A DNA stretch of 64,000 nt from Anaerolineaceae bacterium (lineage in GTDB: Bacteria; Chloroflexota; Anaerolineae; Anaerolineales; Anaerolineaceae): the NCBI GenBank assembly GCA_034430175.1, contig DAOUFI010000023.1:16592-80591 (forward strand). The letters run 5' to 3'. The notes beneath the pieces were generated by a model, which worked only from the letters and a program-made list of their open reading frames with translations, made no database searches and was not told the DNA's origin. Made by a program: the position numbers and the translations under genes. Below, one piece after another: positions 17,554 to 25,144 of the stretch (its first letter is position 1; every line of letters starts with the position of its first letter).

Positions 17554-18438
17554 TTACTTCATTCGCGATCCCAAAAACTGCGCTAAATCGTCCAGTGACT
17601 GTTTTGCTTGCGGTAGGTCGAGGAATAATTGCCAGACGTGCCACATACGCGGATAGATTTCTAATCGTGCGTCTACACCGTGGGATTTGGCAATTTCGGC
17701 AATCTTGATTGCGTCGTCACGTAGCACTTCGTTCTCTCCCACGTGAATTAACAGCGGCGGAAATCCTCTCAGGTTGCCAAACACCGGCGAGATCAACGGA
17801 TCGCGTGGATCGTTCTGCGCGACGTAGGCTTCGGTATACAACTTCATCGCTTTGGGCGGCAGCAGGGGATCGTTGAACCCTTCACGCCGTTTCTCCTTTT
17901 CGGTCAGGTCGGTGACCGGTGAAAGGCAGACGGCAGCGGTGGGAAGAGGAATGCCTTCGGCGTGCAACTTCAGCATCGTGGTGAGCGTCAGGTTGCCGCC
18001 GGCCGAATCCCCAGCGAAGGCGATGTTTTGCGGTTTGTAGCCCTGATTCAGCAACCAGCGGTAGACAGAAATGCATTCCTCCAGCGCGGTTGGAAAAGGA
18101 TGTACCGGGGCAAGGCTGTAATCCACCATCAATAGCCGAACCGACATTTTCTTCGCCAGGTACGCCCCCATCTGCAGGTGCAGAGGCGTTTGACCGAACA
18201 CAAACCCGCCTCCATGCAGGTAGAGCAGCACGCGGCTTGCTTTTTCATCCGCTGGGATCAGCCAGTCGCAGGCGACGCCGTTAATAGAGATTGTTTGGCG
18301 TGAGATTCCACTGCCCAGTCGGACGTGACGGCTGACTCGACGTAAAAACTGATCGGAGGATCCTGGTTGAACCCGGTTCTGGAGAAATCGAACGAGCGGC
18401 AACATCGCGCGTATCATGAGTTCGGTCGAATTTGGCAT
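17554..18438 (-). CDS. alpha/beta hydrolase fold-3 esterase/lipase (HSL family)
   Basis: Oxyanion HGGGF motif (LYLHGGGFVFG) and nucleophile elbow GDSAGG, 294 aa. Confidence 0.85.
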   Translation of the reverse strand: MPNSTELMIRAMLPLVRFLQNRVQPGSSDQFLRRVSRHVRLGSGISRQTISINGVACDWLIPADEKASRVLLYLHGGGFVFGQTPLHLQMGAYLAKKMSVRLLMVDYSLAPVHPFPTALEECISVYRWLLNQGYKPQNIAFAGDSAGGNLTLTTMLKLHAEGIPLPTAAVCLSPVTDLTEKEKRREGFNDPLLPPKAMKLYTEAYVAQNDPRDPLISPVFGNLRGFPPLLIHVGENEVLRDDAIKIAEIAKSHGVDARLEIYPRMWHVWQLFLDLPQAKQSLDDLAQFLGSRMK

Positions 18439-18537
18439 GGCGGTATCTCCTTTGATCGAGTTATTGCAGTATACGTGACTTGGATGTTTTTCGAAAGTCT
18501 GTTTGGTTACTTGTTCAATAAGGTAATCGCACTTACA

Positions 18538-19077
18538 ATGGAAAAACTTATGATCGAAACCAAGCGATTGTTAATCAGAAAATTTTTAGTAACCGACGCG
18601 GCTGACCTGTACGAATATCTCTCCCTTCCGGAGATCTATGAGTTCGAACCGGGCGGACCGATCACACTGGAAGAAGCGCAAGGCATGTCTGCCTCGCGCG
18701 CGGCAGGGGACGGCTTCTACGCTGTTGTTCTCAAAGAGACCCAAAAGATGGTTGGTCATCTATATTTCGCGCAGATCGAGCCCAAAGAGTTCCTCACCTG
18801 GGAACTGGGCTACATCTTCAATCCAAAATACCAAAATAACGGCTATGCCAGCGAATCTGCGAGGGCACTGATTGAATATGGCTTCGCGTATAAGGGCATC
18901 CACCGTGTGGAGGCGTATTGCAATCCGTTAAACGTGGCCTCCTGGCGGGTGATGGAAAAGATCGGCATGCGCCGTGAGGCACTGCTCATTAAGCATGCCT
19001 TCTTTCATCGCAATCCGGATGGATCCCCCATTTGGATCGATTCGTACGGATATGGGATGCTAAAGGAAGACCTTTAA
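18538..19077 (+). CDS. GNAT family N-acetyltransferase (RimJ/RimL-like)
   Basis: TKRLLIRKF N-terminal signature of the RimJ/L subgroup and a YQNNGYASE acetyl-CoA region. Start is ATG 18538. The track ORF from 18367 overlaps the divergent esterase start. Confidence 0.8.
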   Translation: MEKLMIETKRLLIRKFLVTDAADLYEYLSLPEIYEFEPGGPITLEEAQGMSASRAAGDGFYAVVLKETQKMVGHLYFAQIEPKEFLTWELGYIFNPKYQNNGYASESARALIEYGFAYKGIHRVEAYCNPLNVASWRVMEKIGMRREALLIKHAFFHRNPDGSPIWIDSYGYGMLKEDL

Positions 19078-19102
19078 TGAATGAAATACTCATATTTCAA
19101 AA

Positions 19103-19111
19103 TGCTATAAT
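19103..19111 (+). promoter_or_regulatory. extended -10 box (TGCTATAAT) giving a leaderless mRNA
   Basis: TGnTATAAT ends 6 nt before the ATG at 19118, so transcription would start at or next to the start codon. Confidence 0.45.
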
Positions 19112-19117
19112 GGTTTT

Positions 19118-19351
19118 ATGGTAGTGAAAGAAGAGTGTCAGGCCTATCAGAATCGCTGGAAAGAGGTGGAGGCTGTCGTCGCGGAAGAAAGGCGAACAGC
19201 ATCTTTGGAATTGCGCTGGCAGCAATTGAACAGTGCTTATGCCATGGCACAAAAACTGGGGTGGGTTCGTGAAGATCAGAGCGAAGCTGAGGTTTTTGCT
19301 TTATGGGCAAAATTGAAAAAGGAAGCCATCCTAAAGTCACCGAAAATTTGA
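19118..19351 (+). CDS. small helical protein of unknown function (candidate partner/antitoxin of the downstream nucleotidyltransferase)
   Basis: 77-aa ORF with helical heptad-like composition. Its stop overlaps an in-frame TTG of the next gene (TTGA). No family recognised. Confidence 0.45.
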   Translation: MVVKEECQAYQNRWKEVEAVVAEERRTASLELRWQQLNSAYAMAQKLGWVREDQSEAEVFALWAKLKKEAILKSPKI

Positions 19352-19902
19352 AACAATTCCACGATCCGCTTGTGGCTGCACTAAGATTGATTTCCGTGTA
19401 TGGAAGCAACGGTGTGATTGTTGGTGGGATTGCTTCCAGTCTGCTTGGAACACCACGTTACACTGTCGATATTGATATCGTTTTACTGATCGCAGATGAA
19501 GGGATATCAAAGTTAGTCATCGAAGCTGAAAAACTGGGGATGACACCCAGAATAAATGCTGCGGAAGAATTTGCTGAAAAGAACCGGGTTTTATTGCTTC
19601 GTCACAACATCAGCGGAACAGACATCGACATAATTCTAGGAAGCCTGCCTTTCGAAGTGGCTATGGTGCAACACAGCCAGGTAATGGCTGTGGGTGGATT
19701 GGAATTACGCCTGCCCACGCCAGAAGACCTAATTATTATGAAGACAATTGCGCATCGTGAGAAAGATCTGGGGGATATTCGTACGATCGTGCAATGTCAC
19801 CCACAACTGAATCGGGAGTACATTCACTCCTGGTTGACACAATTTGAGCAAGCTTTGGATCAATCGGATTTATGGGAGCAAATATCAAAGATCTTGCAGT
19901 AA
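19348..19902 (+). CDS. minimal nucleotidyltransferase-fold protein (MNT/AbiEii/DUF2204-like)
   Basis: VGGIASSLLGTPRYTVDIDIV matches the G[GS]-x9-12-DxD pol-beta NTase signature. A C-terminal helical region carries K-x4-R-x-KD-x2-D. The start is TTG 19348 (TTGA coupling) or ATG 19303. Confidence 0.6.
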   Translation: MKQFHDPLVAALRLISVYGSNGVIVGGIASSLLGTPRYTVDIDIVLLIADEGISKLVIEAEKLGMTPRINAAEEFAEKNRVLLLRHNISGTDIDIILGSLPFEVAMVQHSQVMAVGGLELRLPTPEDLIIMKTIAHREKDLGDIRTIVQCHPQLNREYIHSWLTQFEQALDQSDLWEQISKILQ

Positions 19903-19984
19903 ATAAACGCGGATAACTTTTCGCTCCACCTTTGCAGAACAATGCGAAGGACTTAGTGAATCTAAATCCTGCACCAGAGACAGC

Positions 19985-20812
19985 TTATTCAGCCAATAGG
20001 TTTGCAAGAAATTCCTGGACGATCTCCATGTATTTTGCATATTGATCACGGCGGATGTTGTGCCCGGCTCCCTTTACTGGAACGACATGAAGTTGGGGCA
20101 GGTAACCCTTGAGAGTCTCGATATCCCGAGGTTGCGACGCGGCCCCACAAGACGGGTCAGCAGCGATAAGCAGAACGGGGCAAGCGATTTTCCTCGCCAA
20201 ACCGGGAATATCGATTGAAGCCATGTCGGTCGGGTGGAGCAGGGCGGTGGCTGCCGGGCTGAACCGCTGTTTGGAATCGACCCAGGGTTTGAACTCGGCC
20301 TCCTGCCAATTTGGGTTTGCGGCGCGTCCCTGCGCCATCAATTCATCGGCGGTCATGCGTTTGATGGAATGGATCCACTGCATCAGGTCGTGATCGTGAT
20401 CATTGTCGTCTCCGGTTTCGCTTTGCCAGTCCCAGAAGGGCGGGGGGTCTTCGAGAATTACGCCGCGAGGCAGCTCTGGGAATAAACCGGCAGTGATCAA
20501 AACAGTGATGGCGCCCATGGAATGGCCCATCAGGACCGGTTTTTTGATACCCAACCCATTAACCACACCGGCTAGTTCTGTTGAAACGTTGCGGAGAGTG
20601 TAACCATCCTCCGGCGCTTCCGTTTTACCATGGCCGCGGCTATCCACCATGACCACGTCGTGACTTGCCGACAGCGCTTCGGCCACCGGTGTCCAGCACA
20701 GGCCGTCGTCAGTGATGCCGTGCGCCATGACAATTGCTGGATCACCCTGACCGGTACGGTAATAATGGTATCGCACGCCGTATGAAGCGATGTCGCCCGA
20801 TTTGAATTCCAT
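19985..20812 (-). CDS. alpha/beta hydrolase
   Basis: HG oxyanion region (VMAHGITDDG), nucleophile elbow GHSMGA and a C-terminal GAGHN catalytic His region, 275 aa. Confidence 0.8.
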   Translation of the reverse strand: MEFKSGDIASYGVRYHYYRTGQGDPAIVMAHGITDDGLCWTPVAEALSASHDVVMVDSRGHGKTEAPEDGYTLRNVSTELAGVVNGLGIKKPVLMGHSMGAITVLITAGLFPELPRGVILEDPPPFWDWQSETGDDNDHDHDLMQWIHSIKRMTADELMAQGRAANPNWQEAEFKPWVDSKQRFSPAATALLHPTDMASIDIPGLARKIACPVLLIAADPSCGAASQPRDIETLKGYLPQLHVVPVKGAGHNIRRDQYAKYMEIVQEFLANLLAE

Positions 20813-20823
20813 GATCTGCCTCC

Positions 20824-20864
20824 TAAAATAAAAATCCAGAGAGTATTGGTAAAGTACTCTCTGG
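20824..20864 (-). terminator. intrinsic terminator (minus strand)
   Basis: 11-bp stem tccagagagta/tactctctgga followed on the minus strand by TTTTTATTTT. It lies downstream of the decayed gene patch. Confidence 0.6.
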
Positions 20865-20931
20865 ACTTATTCTACACGACGATGGATTTTTTCAAATTTA
20901 CCTAATCTCAAGCCGTGGAGCCGAACTTGAT

Positions 20932-21360
20932 CTACCCTGAGCGCGGGTAATTGGCAATGACCACCCCGCTGGGACACGTCATGCTCTTGACCAATTCCAA
21001 TCCTGCCGGGATGGTTCCCTCGGCGAACAGGCGCTTGCCTTTGCCCAATATCACCGGGTAGATCTTGAGCCAGTATTCATCCACCAGGTCGTGATGCAGC
21101 AGTTGTTGGATGAGCTACCCGCTGCCGCGCACCTGGATCATAGGATCGGCTTAAGCCATGTTCCGGGCGATCTCTCCCGCCACATCGACGGTGACTCCGG
21201 CGGTGTTCTTCCAGACTTCCGTCTCGGGTGGGACTGGCCGGTCAGTGACCACTTATTTCCGGTAACTGTTGATGACGTTTCCCGGTTTCGTCGCAGGACA
21301 GGCGGCAGCGAAGACGTCATAGGGCTTGTGACATAACAGCGTGTCAAAAAGATGGCCCAT
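20932..21360 (-). pseudogene. dihydrofolate reductase-like (RibD C-terminal domain) family gene, 5'-truncated with three in-frame stops
   Basis: Own minus-strand translation in a single frame gives MGHLFDTLLCHKPYDVFAAACPATKPGNVINSYRK*VVTDRPVPPETEVWKNTAGVTVDVAGEIARNMA*ADPMIQVRGSG*LIQQLLHHDLVDEYWLKIYPVILGKGKRLFAEGTIPAGLELVKSMTCPSGVVIANYPRSG*. This matches the family pattern (TYE.FAAYWP...KYVVS...GSG.L...LVDE..L.I.PV.LG.GKRLF). The stops are at 21253-21255, 21151-21153 and 21115-21117. Confidence 0.7.
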
Positions 21361-21661
21361 TTGTTACCCCACGGTTTATCGAGGCCATCATCCCAATAAC
21401 CGCCAACCAGCCGTACTGGCTTACTTCGTTGCCTTTAGTAAGGACAGACCAATAATGATCCACTTCAGCCTGGTCAGCGCAATTGATGTAAAGAAACGCT
21501 ACCTCGCTGAACTTGAATTCCGGGCCGCCATTCAGAGCCATGAATTCTTGCTCGTCCTGAGCAACTTTCATGACAAGGACAGTTCCTACCGGTAGAGGGC
21601 GGCTTCCTCTGCCTGGGAATCGCGCCATAAGGATGTTGTGATATTTTACGTTGAGCTCCAA
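21344..21661 (-). pseudogene. VOC/PhnB-like (3-demethylubiquinone-9 3-methyltransferase-type fold) gene remnant
   Basis: The core GTVLVMKVAQDEQEFMALNGGPEFKFSEVAFLYINCADQAEVDHYWSVLTK...YGWL matches the PF06983-type pattern. The usual N-terminal strand is cut off by a TGA directly upstream of a TTG start. The C-terminus diverges after GWL and runs into the DHFR-like remnant. Confidence 0.45.
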
Positions 21662-21757
21662 TTTTCATCGATGGATTATTTCCATCTGAGACCTTTGCGG
21701 TACTATATCGGATAAAAATCAGCCAATTACGACGAAAGAGGAGCAACAGAAATAATT

Positions 21758-21778
21758 AGCGCGTCCAACGGACGCGCT
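21758..21778 (-). terminator. terminator-like hairpin after the 120-aa gene
   Basis: agcgcgtcc-aac-ggacgcgct is a perfect 9-bp stem. The minus strand continues AATTATTTCTGTT. Confidence 0.4.
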
Positions 21779-21786
21779 CGTGACCA

Positions 21787-22149
21787 TCAGGCTTGAACCG
21801 AATCTGTAAAATCGAATTTGAGTTTACCAATATCCGCCGAGACGGCGGTCACTGATACCTTCTGCGGACCGGTAGCAAGCTTTTCACCGGTGATCCTGAT
21901 CTTCATGGGCATACCCATGGTGACCGGGATGGCGTTGTCGCGGGTGAGTTCTGTACCCATGAGAGTCTTGTCCCCCACGGTGAGGGTGATAACTTCAGCG
22001 CTGTAATCTTTTCCTCCGGCGCTAATTGGACCGACCTCGACCAGGTTGGTGGAATCGACGATATTCTTGAGGGCGAACTCAAATCCGTCCTCAGTGTTCT
22101 TGAGTGATCCCTTGACATAAAGTTTGGCGAGTAAAAAGGCTGGGAACAT
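21787..22149 (-). CDS. hypothetical protein co-transcribed with GH38
   Basis: 120-aa ORF starting 16 nt after the GH38 stop with an AGGAGAAG-type RBS. No family recognised. Confidence 0.5.
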   Translation of the reverse strand: MFPAFLLAKLYVKGSLKNTEDGFEFALKNIVDSTNLVEVGPISAGGKDYSAEVITLTVGDKTLMGTELTRDNAIPVTMGMPMKIRITGEKLATGPQKVSVTAVSADIGKLKFDFTDSVQA

Positions 22150-22165
22150 TTTCTTCTCCTCTCGG

Positions 22166-24811
22166 TTATTTGATCTCGATCAGCAGGGTCTGGCGTGGCG
22201 CGATGCTCACGCTGACGCTGTTGCTGGTGACGGCTAGAGGCTCGATCGGCGAGCCGAAAAGGTTGCAGCGCGTTGCCTGGGTGAATTTGACCAAGGCGCT
22301 GGCAACCGTAGCTTTTTGAACTTCATCGCTGGCATTGAACAGGGTCAGCAGGGCACCTTCGCTGGTGGCACGCAGGTTTTGAACCAATACGGGTGGCTCG
22401 GGCAGGGTCAACAGCGAACCACTGACGGGTAGTTGCTCCGTTTCAGCGGGTTCTCCGAGTGGTTGGAGAACCGGACGTGCGTTCTCATATTCCGCGGCGA
22501 AGCGATCCGCGGCGGCTTCATCGAACGCGCCGTTATAGGGCCGCAGCGCGTAGCGAGCGCATACCACGCCGGGTTGGGCAGCCGGGAAGTTTGTCTCCCA
22601 GTAATTGTTGGTGACCCAACCCAGCAGAAACGCTCGCCCGCAAGTCAATTCCTGCTGATTTTTGGCGAAGTTGAAATCACCGATCTGCACCATCGGGTTC
22701 TCGGGCAGTGCCACGGTGATGCCAGCTTTGCCGTCATTGAAATCGACCCAGTTTTGCACGGTGAAATAATCGCGGCAGCAACCGGGGAGCTGGTCCAGGT
22801 GCGGACGCACGGCCACGCCATCGATATTGTAGCGTGCCTGGGCGCCGGGCAGGTTGAACGGGAAGAGCAGGTAAGTGGCTTCGGGATGTTCGTCTGTACC
22901 CATGTGCCATTCGGATTGGAACTCGATGCGGCTGCCGTCGTCAGGCAGGAAGACACGTTGGTAAATCTTCCCCATTTTCTCATGTTCGACGATCTGCTCC
23001 ACGGTGATGCCGTAAGCCAGGCGATAGGTCTTGTGTAAAATCACTTTGGATGCAGCCGTGCGGTTGGCTTTCCAATCGGGATGCCAGCCGCGGTTCGTTT
23101 CAGTGGTAGCGGCCCAGTTGATCTCAAAGAGTTGCTTGCGTGGTTCCGGTACGTCATGGTTGGCGACTTCTTCGTGAAAGAATTCGTGTAGTTTGTAGTT
23201 AGTCGAAGCATCCACCCATTCCCGGTTAAGCTGTTTGTCGAAGAGGGATATCACGCCACCTTTTTCTTTGTCGAAAGTCAGCTTGAAGCGCTTGTTTTCC
23301 ACTTCGGCTTCATCGCCCTCGGTCGCTTCCATCATGCTCGACATGGCGTCCCAACCAACCACGGTGTATCCCAACGCAGGGACCTTGACAGGTTGCAGTA
23401 GCCAGCCCATGCCACCGTTCCAGTTGGTCTGAGAACGATCGGTCCAGAAGTCGGTGGGCGGCTCGAAGTGACCGAAATAGTGTCGGCTGGTGGAGGGATC
23501 TTCGGGTAAGCCGCGAGGAACCATGTAATGCTTGCCGATCGGACCATAGATGATTCGCTCCCAGGGTAATGGATTGAATACAGCGATTTCGCTGGGGTCG
23601 TTGCGCGGGACCAAGCGGGCCAGGTCAGCCAGGGCGTCACGCTCGAGCAGCAGGCTTAGAGAACGCGCTTTGTATGCGAGTTGTTTCTTGTGGTTGTCCA
23701 TCGAAAGAGAATCTTCAAGCTGCGGTCCGAGAGTGGCCATTTCGCCGCCCCAGGTGTGCTCGCCGTAGAGATCCAGAGATTGCCAGGCCTCGTCACGGTA
23801 CAGTGAGAATGTACGCTCTGACCAACGGCGGGAATTAGCTTTTACATCCAGCAATTTGCCCGCAGCATTGAAGGCCTCGGCACGGATTAAGCGGCTGCGC
23901 GAGGTGAGGCTGATGGTGGTTTCACGTGCGGCGGAGATACAGCCGAAATTCCAGTAGTCCGTCCAGTCACCGCGCAACCGTGGCAGCTCGGATTGGTGCG
24001 CCTTGACCTGTTCCCAGAACATGCGCGGTGTGGCAGTCATCAGTTTTGGAGCGCGCCCCGACGCGTTCCAGCGTTTGGTAAATTCAGCGAAGGCAACCCA
24101 GGCGGAACCGTTGTCGCCATAGGGATGATAGCCTTCGAGCACAATGAAGGACAGGGGGTAGTTAATCTCGGTGAGATAGGCTTCGATCCTCGGCAGCCAT
24201 TCAACGAACAAGTCTTCGTCGTCCATGCATAGCCCGAAATCGTTGGCCTTGGAATATTGCCAACCATTGTGGGCAGGCAGGAACCGTCCGCTCGGGGTCT
24301 GCCATAAGAAGACGTTCGGGCGCGGATGCAGTGGACCGCCAAAGTGGTGATTGATGGCCATGCTGAAGCCTTCGATGCCTGCGTCGAGCAGGGTGTCAGT
24401 CATGGTCCAGTTCTGACCGTTGATGTCGCAGTTCATGGCGTAACGAATATCCAGCCCCAGGTCGCGGCGCAGACGGTGTATTGGCTGCAGGCTCTCGATC
24501 AATTGAGCGTTGTTAAGTAGCGGGGTGTTGTTGGTCTGCATCGCCATCACTTCGATGTATCCGGCTTTATCGGCTACCACTAAGCGGTCAATGTCGCGAC
24601 TGGGGGCAGTCTTGAGCCAGGCGTCAAGCCCGCAAGTGGTCTCCACCGTCCAACGAAAGCGGCTTTCTTCAGGAAAATCGGCTGACCGGTCGATCAGACG
24701 AAGGGCTTCATCGATGAACCGGTACTGCATTTCCCAAAAGACCGGCTGATCGTTGGTAAAACCGATGTCGGTGTGGGTGTGGTGGACGAGATAGATGGTT
24801 TCGAGATGCAT
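22166..24811 (-). CDS. glycoside hydrolase family 38 (alpha-mannosidase-like)
   Basis: The N-terminal metal-binding signature LVHHTHTDIGFT (HxHxD) and the 881-aa multi-domain size fit GH38. An AGGAGG RBS precedes the start. Confidence 0.75.
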   Translation of the reverse strand: MHLETIYLVHHTHTDIGFTNDQPVFWEMQYRFIDEALRLIDRSADFPEESRFRWTVETTCGLDAWLKTAPSRDIDRLVVADKAGYIEVMAMQTNNTPLLNNAQLIESLQPIHRLRRDLGLDIRYAMNCDINGQNWTMTDTLLDAGIEGFSMAINHHFGGPLHPRPNVFLWQTPSGRFLPAHNGWQYSKANDFGLCMDDEDLFVEWLPRIEAYLTEINYPLSFIVLEGYHPYGDNGSAWVAFAEFTKRWNASGRAPKLMTATPRMFWEQVKAHQSELPRLRGDWTDYWNFGCISAARETTISLTSRSRLIRAEAFNAAGKLLDVKANSRRWSERTFSLYRDEAWQSLDLYGEHTWGGEMATLGPQLEDSLSMDNHKKQLAYKARSLSLLLERDALADLARLVPRNDPSEIAVFNPLPWERIIYGPIGKHYMVPRGLPEDPSTSRHYFGHFEPPTDFWTDRSQTNWNGGMGWLLQPVKVPALGYTVVGWDAMSSMMEATEGDEAEVENKRFKLTFDKEKGGVISLFDKQLNREWVDASTNYKLHEFFHEEVANHDVPEPRKQLFEINWAATTETNRGWHPDWKANRTAASKVILHKTYRLAYGITVEQIVEHEKMGKIYQRVFLPDDGSRIEFQSEWHMGTDEHPEATYLLFPFNLPGAQARYNIDGVAVRPHLDQLPGCCRDYFTVQNWVDFNDGKAGITVALPENPMVQIGDFNFAKNQQELTCGRAFLLGWVTNNYWETNFPAAQPGVVCARYALRPYNGAFDEAAADRFAAEYENARPVLQPLGEPAETEQLPVSGSLLTLPEPPVLVQNLRATSEGALLTLFNASDEVQKATVASALVKFTQATRCNLFGSPIEPLAVTSNSVSVSIAPRQTLLIEIK

Positions 24812-24914
24812 GGTGCCCTCCTGGGGTGAGATCGTAAAAAGTCAGTTTATCGCGGCAATAAATTAATATAAGGTAATTTTCCAATTCCGATTCAAGGATG
24901 TTTTGGCGTACGCT

Positions 24915-25124
24915 TTAACTGGAGGCTTTCATTTCTATCTCCAGATGTTTGTAATGAGGGAAGACAGGTGAAAATTCCACGTGCCAATTGATACTATTTT
25001 CATCCGTTTGCCAGTATTGCTTGCACTCTACGCGTGGATGTATCCCTCCTGCTAACACGGGGAAGGTTCGCTCGATGAACGTGTCAACCAGTGCGTCAAT
25101 TCTGAACAATTGATCGAGGATCAT
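24915..25124 (-). CDS. hypothetical small protein (weak call)
   Basis: 69-aa ORF between the GPH transporter and GH38 genes on the same strand. No clear RBS and no recognisable family. Confidence 0.3.
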   Translation of the reverse strand: MILDQLFRIDALVDTFIERTFPVLAGGIHPRVECKQYWQTDENSINWHVEFSPVFPHYKHLEIEMKASS

Positions 25125-25144
25125 TTTTGCCAGCTATCAACTTT

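Noticed and set aside
20932-21360. In-frame TAA and TAG codons in the DHFR-like gene as possible stop-codon recoding or readthrough.
   Set aside because: The same codons are used as genuine terminators by neighbouring genes. Three different stops occur within about 330 nt and the gene also lacks its N-terminus. Ordinary pseudogenisation is the simpler explanation.
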